Assembly (NCBI GenBank): GCA_025059915.1
Contig: JANXDD010000004.1
Coordinates: 1 to 38,125 of the forward strand
Length of the DNA stretch: 38,125 nt
Direction: 5' to 3'
Source: Bacteroidia bacterium
Lineage (GTDB): Bacteria; Bacteroidota; Bacteroidia; SpSt-205
Within the stretch, counting starts at the first letter, position 1. Each line of letters begins with the position of its first letter. The position numbers and the translations under genes were made by a program. A model generated the notes under the pieces. It was not told the origin of the DNA. It saw only the letters and a program-made list of their open reading frames with translations, and made no database searches. Below are positions 1-8,512 of this stretch, one piece after another.

Positions 1-94
1 TTCGGCGCTGGCGCGCCCCCACCATCCTTCCATCCCCCGACTCGACCTTTCTCAAATCCCCTTACTTCTAATCCCCACAAAATCTCCCGTTACC

Positions 95-102
95 TACTTT
101 CG
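95..102 (+). promoter_or_regulatory. Imperfect Bacteroidota-type -7 box (TACTTTCG)
   Basis: It has one mismatch to TAnnTTTG (C at position 7). A 4-nt spacer (CCCC) separates it from ATG 107, the same geometry as the perfect boxes elsewhere in the window. Confidence 0.3.
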
Positions 103-106
103 CCCC

Positions 107-1327
107 ATGGACAGACGCACCTTTTTAGAAAGTCTCCTTGGACTCACCTTTCTTCCGAAGCTACCCCCCCTTACGCCACCCTCCCCTTCTCCTGAAAACG
201 AAGAAGACTTCTGGCAGGCTATTCGGGCTGAGTTCATGCTCCACCCCTCTATTATCAATCTAAACAACGGCGGAGTCTCTCCGCATCCTCGCAGTGTAGT
301 AGAGGCGCTTTTTCGGATGGAGCTGGCGGCAAATGAAGCACCCGCCTACGTGATGTGGCGCCTCCAGGATCAAAAAGAGCCTATTCGCCGGCGCTTAGCT
401 GCACTGGGCGGAGCCGACCCCGAAGAAGTTGCTCTCGTCCGCAACTCCACCGAAGCGTTAGAGACGGTCATCTTCGGGCTCAACCTAAAGCCCGGCGATG
501 AAGTCATCGCAGCAGAAACTGATTATCCCAGCATGATTGCCGCATGGAAGCAGCGAGAAGCCCGCGATAAAATCAAAGTGCGCTGGGTGAAGCTCCCCCT
601 CCCTTCTGACGACGAAGAAAAGCTCATAACCCCTTATTTGGAAGCTATTACACCCCGCACCCGTGTCCTCCATTTGACCCATATCATCAACTGGACAGGG
701 CAAATCCTCCCCATAGAAAAGCTTACAGCTGAAGCCCGTAAGCGAGACATTTTCACTCTCGTAGATGCTGCCCACAGTTATGCTCATATTCCCGTGGATT
801 TTCATGCGATGGGGTGTGATGCGGCTGGGGTGAGCCTCCATAAATGGTTATGTGCTCCCTTTGGCACGGGGCTTCTATACGTGCGAAAGGAGCGGATAAA
901 AGACATTTGGCCCCTTTTTGCTGCCCCCCCTGAAAGGAAAGCGGATGACATCCGTAAGTTTGAGCACTTAGGAACGCGATCCATCCCTACCGAACAAGCC
1001 ATTGCAGCTGCCATAGATTTCCATGAGCGGATTGGAACGCAGCGTAAAGCAGAACGCTTACGCGCTCTGCGCCGCTACTGGCTCAACGAAGCCCTCAAAC
1101 TTCCGAAGGTTAAGTCCCTCACCCCTGACCGCCTCGCCGCCGGCCTAGCCACCATCCAAGTAGAAGGCTGGACCCCCCAAAAACTCGCCGATTACCTTTT
1201 AGAAAAGCACCGAATCTTCGTCGCAGCCATAGATTGGGCAGGTATTCAGGGTATTCGCATCTCCCCCCATGTTTATACTACGCATTCAGAGCTGGATCGT
1301 CTCATAGAAGCTCTCAAAACCCTGTAG
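107..1327 (+). CDS. Class V-fold PLP-dependent aminotransferase (cysteine desulfurase / isopenicillin-N epimerase-like) with a twin-arginine signal
   Basis: 406-aa ORF. The N-terminus MDRRTFLESLLGL carries an RR-x-FL Tat motif. The SLHKWLCAPFGTG segment resembles the PLP-lysine region of class V aminotransferases. Confidence 0.75.
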   Translation: MDRRTFLESLLGLTFLPKLPPLTPPSPSPENEEDFWQAIRAEFMLHPSIINLNNGGVSPHPRSVVEALFRMELAANEAPAYVMWRLQDQKEPIRRRLAALGGADPEEVALVRNSTEALETVIFGLNLKPGDEVIAAETDYPSMIAAWKQREARDKIKVRWVKLPLPSDDEEKLITPYLEAITPRTRVLHLTHIINWTGQILPIEKLTAEARKRDIFTLVDAAHSYAHIPVDFHAMGCDAAGVSLHKWLCAPFGTGLLYVRKERIKDIWPLFAAPPERKADDIRKFEHLGTRSIPTEQAIAAAIDFHERIGTQRKAERLRALRRYWLNEALKLPKVKSLTPDRLAAGLATIQVEGWTPQKLADYLLEKHRIFVAAIDWAGIQGIRISPHVYTTHSELDRLIEALKTL

Positions 1328-1332
1328 CTTTG
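1325..1332 (+). promoter_or_regulatory. -7 promoter box TAGCTTTG
   Basis: Perfect TAnnTTTG. It overlaps the TAG stop of the upstream gene. A 4-nt spacer (GCAC) separates it from ATG 1337. Confidence 0.55.
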
Positions 1333-1336
1333 GCAC

Positions 1337-2041
1337 ATGTGGAAAAGTCCCTATCGGCTCCTCTGGATAGCTGACACTGGCACCACTCGGAAAGAGCTTC
1401 GCCTCCCTCTCTGGGGCTGGATAGTGGGCATCATAGGAATTTTGCTCTTGATATGGGCTATTTTCGCCTATACGCCTCTACGCTATACCATACCCGGCTA
1501 TCCTACCCGCTCATTTCGTAAAAAGTACAATCAGCTGCTGGAAAGGGTGCAGCAGCTTGAGCAAAAATTTGCTCAACACACAGCTATCATTGAGGAACTG
1601 CGCAGTTTGGAAGCGGTAGCTCGCTCGGACCCACAAGCGCCCCCCCTACCGCTCATCCCCACCTTGCAATCAGGACAATACATACTCCCCGTAGAGGGAC
1701 AAGTAACGCGCCGCTTTCAACCTGCCCGAGAACATTGGGGAGTAGATATTAGCTGTAGTCCCGGCGATCCCGTCTTAGCTATCGCCGAGGGCACAGTCAT
1801 CTTTGCAGAATACTCCTACGAAACCGGCTATGTAATAGCCCTCCAGCACCCCAACGGCCTGATTTCCATCTACAAGCATAACTCCCGCTTGCTGCGTCGG
1901 GTGGGAGAAAAAGTTCGGACGGGGGATATTATCGCTTCAGCTGGCGGCTTGGGAACATACTCTACTGGAGCTCATCTCCACATAGAGACATGGTTAGGCG
2001 GTGTAGCTGTAGACCCGCTCAAGCTGCTTGCATATGAGTGA
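1337..2041 (+). CDS. M23/LytM family metallopeptidase, membrane anchored
   Basis: 234 aa. It has an N-terminal TM helix (WGWIVGIIGILLLIWAIFAY), a coiled-coil segment, and C-terminal M23 motifs HWGVDIS and HLHIE. Confidence 0.8.
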   Translation: MWKSPYRLLWIADTGTTRKELRLPLWGWIVGIIGILLLIWAIFAYTPLRYTIPGYPTRSFRKKYNQLLERVQQLEQKFAQHTAIIEELRSLEAVARSDPQAPPLPLIPTLQSGQYILPVEGQVTRRFQPAREHWGVDISCSPGDPVLAIAEGTVIFAEYSYETGYVIALQHPNGLISIYKHNSRLLRRVGEKVRTGDIIASAGGLGTYSTGAHLHIETWLGGVAVDPLKLLAYE

Positions 2042-2048
2042 AGCGCTG

Positions 2049-2056
2049 TATATTTG
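2049..2056 (+). promoter_or_regulatory. -7 promoter box TATATTTG upstream of tRNA-Cys
   Basis: Perfect TAnnTTTG. A 6-nt spacer separates it from the first nucleotide of the mature tRNA at 2063. Confidence 0.5.
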
Positions 2057-2062
2057 CTCTGC

Positions 2063-2133
2063 GGCGACGTGGCCGAGCGGTTAGGCACGGGTCTGCAAAA
2101 CCCTTTACGGGAGTTCGAATCTCCCCGTCGCCT
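2063..2133 (+). tRNA. tRNA-Cys (GCA)
   Basis: The cloverleaf was folded by hand. Acceptor stem is GGCGACG/CGTCGCC. Anticodon loop is CTGCAAA. T arm is GGGAG-TTCGAAT-CTCCC. The discriminator is U73, typical of tRNA-Cys. No CCA is encoded. Confidence 0.85.
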
Positions 2134-2866
2134 CAGCCTGTGGTAGGAAAGCAGCGGAAGCCGCTGCCCAAGCCTTAGCTTCTTCTGGCTTTTGTAAAAT
2201 AGCCCGCCCCACCACAATCAAAGAAGGAAAGAGAGGAGCTCCTCCTTCCAACTTTCCCCCCTGCGCCCCTACGCCAGGCACAAGCAGCCAATCTCGCGGA
2301 CGCTTTTCCCGAAGCTCCGTTATCTCTTTCCCGTAATGGGCTCCCCATACCCACCCCAGCGTAGCTTTGATGTGAGAAGGGATTTCCTCTAAGATGGTGC
2401 GCCAAACTTCTTTCTGCCATGCAGGGGCTTCAGTAGTTCTGAGGAGAACAAAAACCCATTTGCCCTCATACTGCAGAAATGGTTCCAGCCCCACCCATCC
2501 CATATACGGATGCACGGTAATAGCATCAAATCCCAGCTCCTCAAAAATACCCCGTGCATAATATTGACTGGTATGAGCAATGTCTCCTCGCTTCGCATCG
2601 GCGATAGTCAGCGCTGGTGAAGGCAGTGCTGCCCGAATCCGCCGAAGAAGCCCCCATCCCTTTTCCCCCCATCGTTCATAAAAGGCAGTATTGAGCTTGT
2701 AAGCAATAGCATAGGAAGCTGTCGCCTCTATGACCTGATACAAGCGCTCCTCTGCCGCTTCTACTGTCAGCTGAGATTGGTGGAAAGCCTCCTCCGAAGG
2801 ATCCAGTGCCACACAAAGAAGGCTTTTCTTCTCATAAGCCAGCGCCGAGAGCTCCTCTGGTCTCAT
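2105..2866 (-). CDS. pyrF: Orotidine 5'-phosphate decarboxylase (type 2)
   Basis: 253 aa with LCVALDP and DAKRGDIAHT motifs. An ATGA start/stop overlap links it to the upstream LolA-like gene. The last 29 nt, including the stop codon, overlap tRNA-Cys on the opposite strand. Confidence 0.85.
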   Translation of the reverse strand: MRPEELSALAYEKKSLLCVALDPSEEAFHQSQLTVEAAEERLYQVIEATASYAIAYKLNTAFYERWGEKGWGLLRRIRAALPSPALTIADAKRGDIAHTSQYYARGIFEELGFDAITVHPYMGWVGLEPFLQYEGKWVFVLLRTTEAPAWQKEVWRTILEEIPSHIKATLGWVWGAHYGKEITELREKRPRDWLLVPGVGAQGGKLEGGAPLFPSLIVVGRAILQKPEEAKAWAAASAAFLPQAEATGRFELP

Positions 2867-3492
2867 CGTAAATCAATCACCTTCACCCCCGGATGCTTAC
2901 TGGTGTCAAAGACAAAAGCTGAGTCAGGAATCGCTTGAGTGTCGTAGCTTTTGAGTTCGTATTCTACCACCGTGCCATCTCTATTAGAGATGCGCATACG
3001 CTGCGGCAGCTCAGTCTGTGAATCTATCCACACCTCCACCCGAAAGTAATCGGTAACATCACTGATAGGAAAGAGAGAAATCTTATGCACGGTGCGCCCC
3101 TTGTAAGTCTCCGTCTTGTCCAATCGCACCTTCATGTCCTCTTCGTATATCCGAAAAAGCCGTTCTATGCTGAAGCCCTCTTTGGGGTCATATTTGGAAA
3201 TATTGACCTCTTTTTCTTTTTTGAGAAACTGCCACACGGTCTTCCCATCCGAAAGAATAGCAATATCCCCGATATCCACAACGAACTTGTTCTGCTTGGG
3301 GCGATAACGGAATGTCCCACTTCGGACGATTCGTTTCTGGGTGGTATCCGCTCGGTTTTCCATGACGTAAGAAAACTGGACGGTCATGTACTCCATGGAC
3401 TTCAACCTCTTGCGAGAATTGCGAATAAGATTGTCAGCTTTGGGGTCTACCTGCGCCCATAGTAGGGCTAAGCACAGAGAGGCATACCGCAT
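2863..3492 (-). CDS. LolA-like outer-membrane lipoprotein carrier protein
   Basis: The signal peptide MRYASLCLALLWAQ starts at ATG 3492. The ORF-track TTG at 3498 is the TTG of the -7 box. Size and pattern (DGKTVWQFLKKEKEVNI) fit Bacteroidota LolA-like proteins as I recall them. Confidence 0.6.
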   Translation of the reverse strand: MRYASLCLALLWAQVDPKADNLIRNSRKRLKSMEYMTVQFSYVMENRADTTQKRIVRSGTFRYRPKQNKFVVDIGDIAILSDGKTVWQFLKKEKEVNISKYDPKEGFSIERLFRIYEEDMKVRLDKTETYKGRTVHKISLFPISDVTDYFRVEVWIDSQTELPQRMRISNRDGTVVEYELKSYDTQAIPDSAFVFDTSKHPGVKVIDLR

Positions 3493-3495
3493 GCT

Positions 3496-3503
3496 CAAAG
3501 GTA
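3496..3503 (-). promoter_or_regulatory. -7 promoter box TACCTTTG (minus strand)
   Basis: Perfect TAnnTTTG on the minus strand. A 3-nt spacer (AGC) separates it from ATG 3492. Confidence 0.5.
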
Positions 3504-3535
3504 CAGAAAAGCTACGCGATATAAAGGAAAGGTCA

Positions 3536-3543
3536 TACCTTTG
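3536..3543 (+). promoter_or_regulatory. -7 promoter box TACCTTTG upstream of tRNA-Thr
   Basis: Perfect TAnnTTTG. An 8-nt spacer separates it from the tRNA 5' end at 3552. It is divergent from the LolA-like promoter. Confidence 0.5.
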
Positions 3544-3551
3544 CTGGGCTT

Positions 3552-3623
<72 letters not shown>

Positions 3624-3627
3624 CTAA

Positions 3628-4224
3628 ATGAGGATTTTATTGACCCTACTGGTAGGAGGGCTGATGTGGGCACAGGCTCGGGTGGGCGTAGTCTTGGCTC
3701 CCCAAGCCACCAGCGCCAAAGGGGAAATGCGCAAGGACTACTTCGTAGCCGGAATCGCAGGCGGCCTCTCAGGTGAAGTTCTTTTCACAGAGACTGCCGC
3801 TATCGGCATGGATATATTAGGCTCTTTCGCTGGATGGCGAGAAGAAGAAAGTCAAAGTGAAACTTCCCCCTCTTACTCAACTCACAGGCTACTAACGCTA
3901 CAGGTTCCTCTGTATGTGCGCGCGCAGTGGCTTCAGCTGGGAGAAGCAGGTGCCGGTCTGAGCGCTGCCTTCGGCGTGCAGTCAGATATTCTCCTAAGTG
4001 CTCAATCCAAGCTGGAAGGCGGTAGCTTCTCTAAAAATACGGCCAGCTACAATCGGTATGCTGGCTCCCTCTTAGGCGGAATAGGCTTTTCCTACGAAGG
4101 AGACAAAGCATTCTCTGTGGAGCTGCGCAGCGCTTACAGCTTCATCAATCTCAAGCAGCAAAAAGGGGGACGCATCAATCCCCTCTGGTTTATGCTGCGG
4201 ACAGCTTTTTATTTCGGGCGCTGA
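3628..4224 (+). CDS. Small outer-membrane beta-barrel (porin-family) protein
   Basis: 198 aa with signal peptide MRILLTLLVGGLMWAQA. The alternating Gly/Ser/aromatic pattern is typical of roughly 200-aa Bacteroidota OMP beta-barrel proteins. The ATG is 4 nt after the tRNA-Thr discriminator. Confidence 0.5.
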   Translation: MRILLTLLVGGLMWAQARVGVVLAPQATSAKGEMRKDYFVAGIAGGLSGEVLFTETAAIGMDILGSFAGWREEESQSETSPSYSTHRLLTLQVPLYVRAQWLQLGEAGAGLSAAFGVQSDILLSAQSKLEGGSFSKNTASYNRYAGSLLGGIGFSYEGDKAFSVELRSAYSFINLKQQKGGRINPLWFMLRTAFYFGR

Positions 4225-4249
4225 GGATTTGCAAGTCTGATTTTTTCCG

Positions 4250-4257
4250 TAACTTTG
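4250..4257 (+). promoter_or_regulatory. -7 promoter box TAACTTTG upstream of the tRNA-like element and tuf
   Basis: Perfect TAnnTTTG. It lies 10-11 nt upstream of the tRNA-like element. Confidence 0.45.
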
Positions 4258-4267
4258 CACCGCTTTC

Positions 4268-4332
4268 TGCTGTCATAGCTCGGGGAGCTACCCATCTTAT
4301 GGGGAGGCCGGTTCGACTCCGGAGGGCAGCAC
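4268..4332 (+). ncRNA. Miniaturised tRNA-like element or degenerate tRNA forming the tuf leader
   Basis: Hand fold. Acceptor-like stem is TGCTGTC/GGCAGCA (7 bp including one G-U); an alternative register is GCTGTC/GGCAGC. D-like arm is AGCT-CGGGG-AGCT. Anticodon-like arm is TACCC-ATCTTAT-GGGGA, with U33, CTT, A37 and one A-G mismatch. T arm is CCGG-TTCGACT-CCGG. The D loop is only 3-5 nt, the variable loop is about 1 nt, and the total is 63-65 nt, so it is not a canonical tRNA. Confidence 0.4.
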
Positions 4333-4335
4333 TAT

Positions 4336-5523
4336 ATGGCTAGAGAGGTTTTCGTCCGTGATAAAGAACACGTCAATGTTGGTACAATCGGGCACGTAGA
4401 CCATGGAAAAACTACTTTGACTGCCGCTATCACCAAGGTTTTAGCTAAAAAAGGGCTGGCACAAGAGCGGACCTATGAATCTATAGATAGTGCTCCTGAA
4501 GAGCGTGAGCGGGGAATTACAATCAACACTGCCCACGTGGAGTACAGCAGCGATAAGCGCCATTACGCTCACATTGATTGTCCCGGACATGCTGACTATG
4601 TAAAAAACATGGTTACTGGCGCTGCTCAGATGGATGCCGCTATCCTTGTCGTCGCAGCTACCGATGGTCCCAAAGCCCAAACCCGCGAGCATATCCTCCT
4701 GGCTCGACAAGTCGGCGTTCCCCATATCGTCGTCTTCCTCAATAAGGTAGATATGGTAGACGACGAGGAACTTTTAGAGCTGGCAGAGATGGAAATTCGG
4801 GACCTTCTCAACTTCTACGGCTACCCTGGGGATACCACCCCGATCATTCGCGGTTCAGCTCTCGGCGCCCTCAATGGCGACCCCAAGTGGGAAGCGAAAG
4901 TATTAGAACTTATTGAAACGCTTGATACCTACATCCCGACCCCTCAACGGATTGTGGATAAGCCGTTCCTGATGCCGATAGAGGATGTAGTCTCTATCAC
5001 AGGGCGCGGTACAGTCGTTACTGGACGGATTGAGCGGGGCCGCATCAAGCTCAATGAACCGGTAGACATCGTCGGACTGCGAGAAGAAAAACTAACATCC
5101 GTTGTTACTGGGATAGAAATGTTCCGCAAGCTCTTAGAAGAAGGGCAAGCGGGTGATAATGTCGGGCTTCTCCTGCGTGGTATTGAGAAGGATCAGGTGC
5201 GGCGCGGGATGGTCGTCTGCGCTCCTAATACCGTTACTCCACACAAGCGATTCAAAGCCGAAGTCTATATCCTCACGAAAGAAGAAGGTGGGCGGCACAC
5301 GCCTTTCACTACCAACTACCGACCTCAGTTCTTTTTCCGCACGGCAGATGTAACAGGTACAATAAAACTCCCGCCTGATGTCCCGATGGTCATGCCCGGC
5401 GACAATGTGAGCATAGAAGTGGAGCTTATTTATCCAATCGCAATGGAAAAAGGGCTCCGCTTCGCTATCCGCGAAGGAGGGCGAACTATCGGGGCTGGTC
5501 AAGTTACGGAGATTTTAGACTAA
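4336..5523 (+). CDS. tuf: Elongation factor Tu
   Basis: 395 aa with [18 protein letters not shown] and NKVD GTPase motifs. It occupies the canonical position before tRNA-Trp and secE. Confidence 0.97.
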   Translation: MAREVFVRDKEHVNVGTIGHVDHGKTTLTAAITKVLAKKGLAQERTYESIDSAPEERERGITINTAHVEYSSDKRHYAHIDCPGHADYVKNMVTGAAQMDAAILVVAATDGPKAQTREHILLARQVGVPHIVVFLNKVDMVDDEELLELAEMEIRDLLNFYGYPGDTTPIIRGSALGALNGDPKWEAKVLELIETLDTYIPTPQRIVDKPFLMPIEDVVSITGRGTVVTGRIERGRIKLNEPVDIVGLREEKLTSVVTGIEMFRKLLEEGQAGDNVGLLLRGIEKDQVRRGMVVCAPNTVTPHKRFKAEVYILTKEEGGRHTPFTTNYRPQFFFRTADVTGTIKLPPDVPMVMPGDNVSIEVELIYPIAMEKGLRFAIREGGRTIGAGQVTEILD

Positions 5524-5539
5524 CTTTGCGTCAAACCAC

Positions 5540-5612
<73 letters not shown>

Positions 5613-5614
5613 CA

Positions 5615-5809
5615 ATGATAGCAAAACTCAAAAAGCTGTGGAAGGAGTACTACACCGAGTGGCGCGACAAGGTGGAGTGGCCCTCCTTCCCTCAGCTTTT
5701 TAGTACAACGGTAACGGTGCTGGTAGGTAGCCTCCTACTGGCTATTGTTATCGGACTGATTGATTTGGTCTTTAGTACGCTCATGCGAGGACTATACTCT
5801 CTTTTCTGA
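5615..5809 (+). CDS. secE: Preprotein translocase subunit SecE
   Basis: 64 aa with a single C-terminal TM helix. It sits in the conserved position between tRNA-Trp and nusG. The ATG is 2 nt after the tRNA-Trp discriminator. Confidence 0.85.
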   Translation: MIAKLKKLWKEYYTEWRDKVEWPSFPQLFSTTVTVLVGSLLLAIVIGLIDLVFSTLMRGLYSLF

Positions 5810-5811
5810 CG

Positions 5812-6354
5812 ATGGCTTGGTATGCGCTAAAAGTGCGGGCTTCGCAGGAGAAAAAAGTCTCCGACCGCATTCGGAATGAGCTTGTCCGGCTGGGAATAGA
5901 CCACAAGGTACGGGATATTCTCGTGCCGGCAGAGCGCGTTTTGGAGGAGAGGAAAGGGACAAAAAAGCGAGAGCGGGAGAGAATATTTCTCCCCGGCTAC
6001 CTTTTTATAGAGGTGGCTGCAGAGGAATTTGTCCCAGAGCTTATCCAGGCGCTGCGAGGTATTCCGGATGTTCTGTATTTTGTATCGCCTGCGCGAGGCA
6101 CGCCGCCCATCCCTATGTCTGAGAGTGAAATTGCTCCTATTCTTTCGCGGGCCCGCTCAGTCTCTGCCGCTGTAGAAACTAGTCAATCTTTTGAGGTCGG
6201 TCAGCTTGTGCGCATTGTAGAGGGGCCTTTTTCTGGTTTTGAAGGGTATGTAGCGGAGGTTTATCCAGAAAAACAGCGCATCCAAGTCCGAGTGAAAATC
6301 TTCAATCGGGAAACGCCAGTAGAACTGCCTTATTCTCACGCCGAAAGACTATGA
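5812..6354 (+). CDS. nusG: Transcription termination/antitermination factor NusG
   Basis: 180 aa with an N-terminal WYALKV NGN motif and a C-terminal KOW segment ([15 protein letters not shown]). Confidence 0.93.
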   Translation: MAWYALKVRASQEKKVSDRIRNELVRLGIDHKVRDILVPAERVLEERKGTKKRERERIFLPGYLFIEVAAEEFVPELIQALRGIPDVLYFVSPARGTPPIPMSESEIAPILSRARSVSAAVETSQSFEVGQLVRIVEGPFSGFEGYVAEVYPEKQRIQVRVKIFNRETPVELPYSHAERL

Positions 6355-6779
6355 AAGAAATAGCTGCTATCGTCAAGCTCCAAATCAAAGGAGGACAGGC
6401 TAACCCAGCTCCCCCCATAGGACCTGCCTTGGGTTCTAAAGGGGTCAATATCATGGAATTCTGCAAGCAGTTCAACGCACGCACTCAGGATCGTCCCGGA
6501 GAGGTCCTCCCTGTGGTCATTACCATCTATAAGGACAAAAGTTTTGAGTTCGTTATCAAAACCCCTCCAGCGGCTGAGCTACTCAAAAAAGCTGCTAAGA
6601 TTGAGCGAGGGTCTGCTGAACCCAACCGTAAAAAGGTAGGCACCGTAACATGGGCGCAGATTCGGGAAATCGCCGAGAAAAAGATGCCGGATTTGAACTG
6701 CTACACTATTGAAGCTGCCATGAATATGATAGCTGGCACCGCCCGAAGTATGGGACTCATCATCCAAGGAGAACGATAA
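6351..6779 (+). CDS. rplK: 50S ribosomal protein L11
   Basis: 142 aa with the PPIGPALG motif. It has an ATGA overlap with nusG. Confidence 0.95.
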   Translation: MKEIAAIVKLQIKGGQANPAPPIGPALGSKGVNIMEFCKQFNARTQDRPGEVLPVVITIYKDKSFEFVIKTPPAAELLKKAAKIERGSAEPNRKKVGTVTWAQIREIAEKKMPDLNCYTIEAAMNMIAGTARSMGLIIQGER

Positions 6780-6781
6780 CT

Positions 6782-7468
6782 ATGCCGCGCCACGGAAAGA
6801 AATACCTCACCGCTCTCAAAGCCATAGAGCCTCGCCCCTATCCCCTTACCGAGGCGATAGAGACCCTGAAAAAGATACGCTTTGAGAAGTTTGATGCGAC
6901 GGTAGAGCTGGCAGTAGATCTGAATATAGACCCTCGGCAAGCCAATCAGCTCGTCCGGGGAACCGTCTCCCTTCCACATGGCACAGGGCGTTCCGTCCGA
7001 GTCTTAGCCTTAGTTGGACCTGACAAAGAAAAAGAAGCTCTTAGCGCCGGCGCAGATTATGCAGGACTCGAGGAATATATCTCCAAGATAGAGCAGGGGT
7101 GGCTGGAGTTTGATGCCGTCGTCTGTACCCCTGATGTGATGCCCAAAGTAGCCCGCCTCGGTAAAATCCTCGGTCCTCGCGGTCTCATGCCTAACCCCAA
7201 AAGCGGTACCGTAACCCCCGACATTGCCCGAGCTGTAAAAGAGCTCAAAGCAGGTAAAATAGAGATTCGTAACGACAAAACGGGGGTTGTTCATCTTCCG
7301 ATTGGGAAAGCCTCTTTCCCCACCGAGAAGCTGCGTGAAAATGCCATAGAAGCCCTCAAAGCCATAGAAAGCCTCCGTCCTGCTGGCGTGAAGGGTAATT
7401 ACATTTTGTCCGCTTATATCTCTACGACCATGAGTCCTGCCATCCTAATAGACCGAAGCCGCCTATGA
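6782..7468 (+). CDS. rplA: 50S ribosomal protein L1
   Basis: 228 aa with sequence typical of L1, in the syntenic position. Confidence 0.95.
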   Translation: MPRHGKKYLTALKAIEPRPYPLTEAIETLKKIRFEKFDATVELAVDLNIDPRQANQLVRGTVSLPHGTGRSVRVLALVGPDKEKEALSAGADYAGLEEYISKIEQGWLEFDAVVCTPDVMPKVARLGKILGPRGLMPNPKSGTVTPDIARAVKELKAGKIEIRNDKTGVVHLPIGKASFPTEKLRENAIEALKAIESLRPAGVKGNYILSAYISTTMSPAILIDRSRL

Positions 7469-7998
7469 CTCGTGAAGAAAAAACCCAGCTGATAGAAAAC
7501 CTCGCTCAGACGCTTAAGAGCTCTGCCGGCTTCTATCTCCTTCGGCCAGGTCCTATGAATGCTGAGGAGACTTTGAAGTTTCGGCGCCGCTTATATGAAA
7601 AAGGGCTCCGTTTGAGGATAGTCAAAAACACCCTATTAGCCAAAGCCTTAGAAAAGGCCGGCATCCCTGAGTATTCCAGCCTCCTCCCCACCCTCAAGGA
7701 GATGACAGGGCTAATCGTATATACAGGGGACCCTAAGGCTCCCGCCCAGGTCTTAGAAGCTTTCCTCAAGGAGACGAACAAAGACTATCCTGCCCTCAAA
7801 GCTGCCTATGTAGAAGAGACGCTCTTTATCGGAGCAGAGCATTTAGAAGCTCTGACTCAGATTAAATCCAAGCAGGACCTTTTGGCAGAATTGGTCGCTC
7901 GTCTCCAATCACCAATCCAGCGAGTCCTCGGTGCCCTACAAAGCGCGGGACAAACCCTCGCTGGAACTCTCAAAGCCCTTTCTGAACGAAATTCCTAA
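7465..7998 (+). CDS. rplJ: 50S ribosomal protein L10
   Basis: 177 aa. It has an ATGA overlap with rplA and sits in the syntenic position before rplL. Confidence 0.92.
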   Translation: MTREEKTQLIENLAQTLKSSAGFYLLRPGPMNAEETLKFRRRLYEKGLRLRIVKNTLLAKALEKAGIPEYSSLLPTLKEMTGLIVYTGDPKAPAQVLEAFLKETNKDYPALKAAYVEETLFIGAEHLEALTQIKSKQDLLAELVARLQSPIQRVLGALQSAGQTLAGTLKALSERNS

Positions 7999-8015
7999 CC
8001 TTATACCAGATACCT

Positions 8016-8399
8016 ATGGCTGACCTGAAAGCACTTGCAGAAACTCTGGTGAATCTCACCGTCAAGGAAGTTAACGAGCTCGCTTCTATCTTAGAGCAAG
8101 AGTATGGAATCAAGCCAGCTGCCGCCGCTCCTGTTATGGTCGCTGCAGGACCGGCCGCTCCAGCTCAAGAGGCTCAAGCCCCCACAAAGACGGAATTTGA
8201 CGTTATCCTCAAATCTCCTGGGGAAAAGAAACTGGATGTCGTCAAAGTGGTCAAAAACATCACAGGGCTTGGGCTCAAAGAAGCTAAAGACCTCGTAGAT
8301 AAAGCCCCTCAGCCCATCAAGGAAAAAATCTCCAAAGAAGAAGCCGAGCAAATCCGCAAGCAGCTCGCAGAACTCGGGGCTGACGTTGAAGTTAGATAA
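8016..8399 (+). CDS. rplL: 50S ribosomal protein L7/L12
   Basis: 127 aa with an Ala/Pro-rich hinge and a C-terminal KEAKDLVD...ELGA segment. Confidence 0.95.
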   Translation: MADLKALAETLVNLTVKEVNELASILEQEYGIKPAAAAPVMVAAGPAAPAQEAQAPTKTEFDVILKSPGEKKLDVVKVVKNITGLGLKEAKDLVDKAPQPIKEKISKEEAEQIRKQLAELGADVEVR

Positions 8400-8430
8400 G
8401 TGCGTCATCCCACTTCACTTTTCTCTCTCG

Positions 8431-8474
8431 CCCTTAGCTGCGTAGAGGCTAAGGGTGAGGCTTATTTTTGTTTT
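8431..8474 (+). terminator. rplL-rpoB intergenic intrinsic terminator or attenuator
   Basis: Hairpin CCCTTAGC-(9 nt)-GCTAAGGG at 8431-8455, followed by a T-rich tract (TTATTTTTGTTTT). Confidence 0.6.
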
Positions 8475-8512
8475 ACCTGCAAACAAAAAACAGAAGTACA
8501 TCGCGCTCTCCT

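Noticed and set aside
2148-2166. A GCAGCGG-AAG-CCGCTGC hairpin just downstream of tRNA-Cys, considered as a possible terminator.
   Set aside because: It is inside the pyrF coding sequence (AAASAAF), has only a 3-nt loop, and has no following T-tract on the plus strand.
8468-8512. A TTG start at 8468 for rpoB.
   Set aside because: That TTG lies in the terminator T-tract and -7 box. ATG 8513 gives the conserved RpoB N-terminus.
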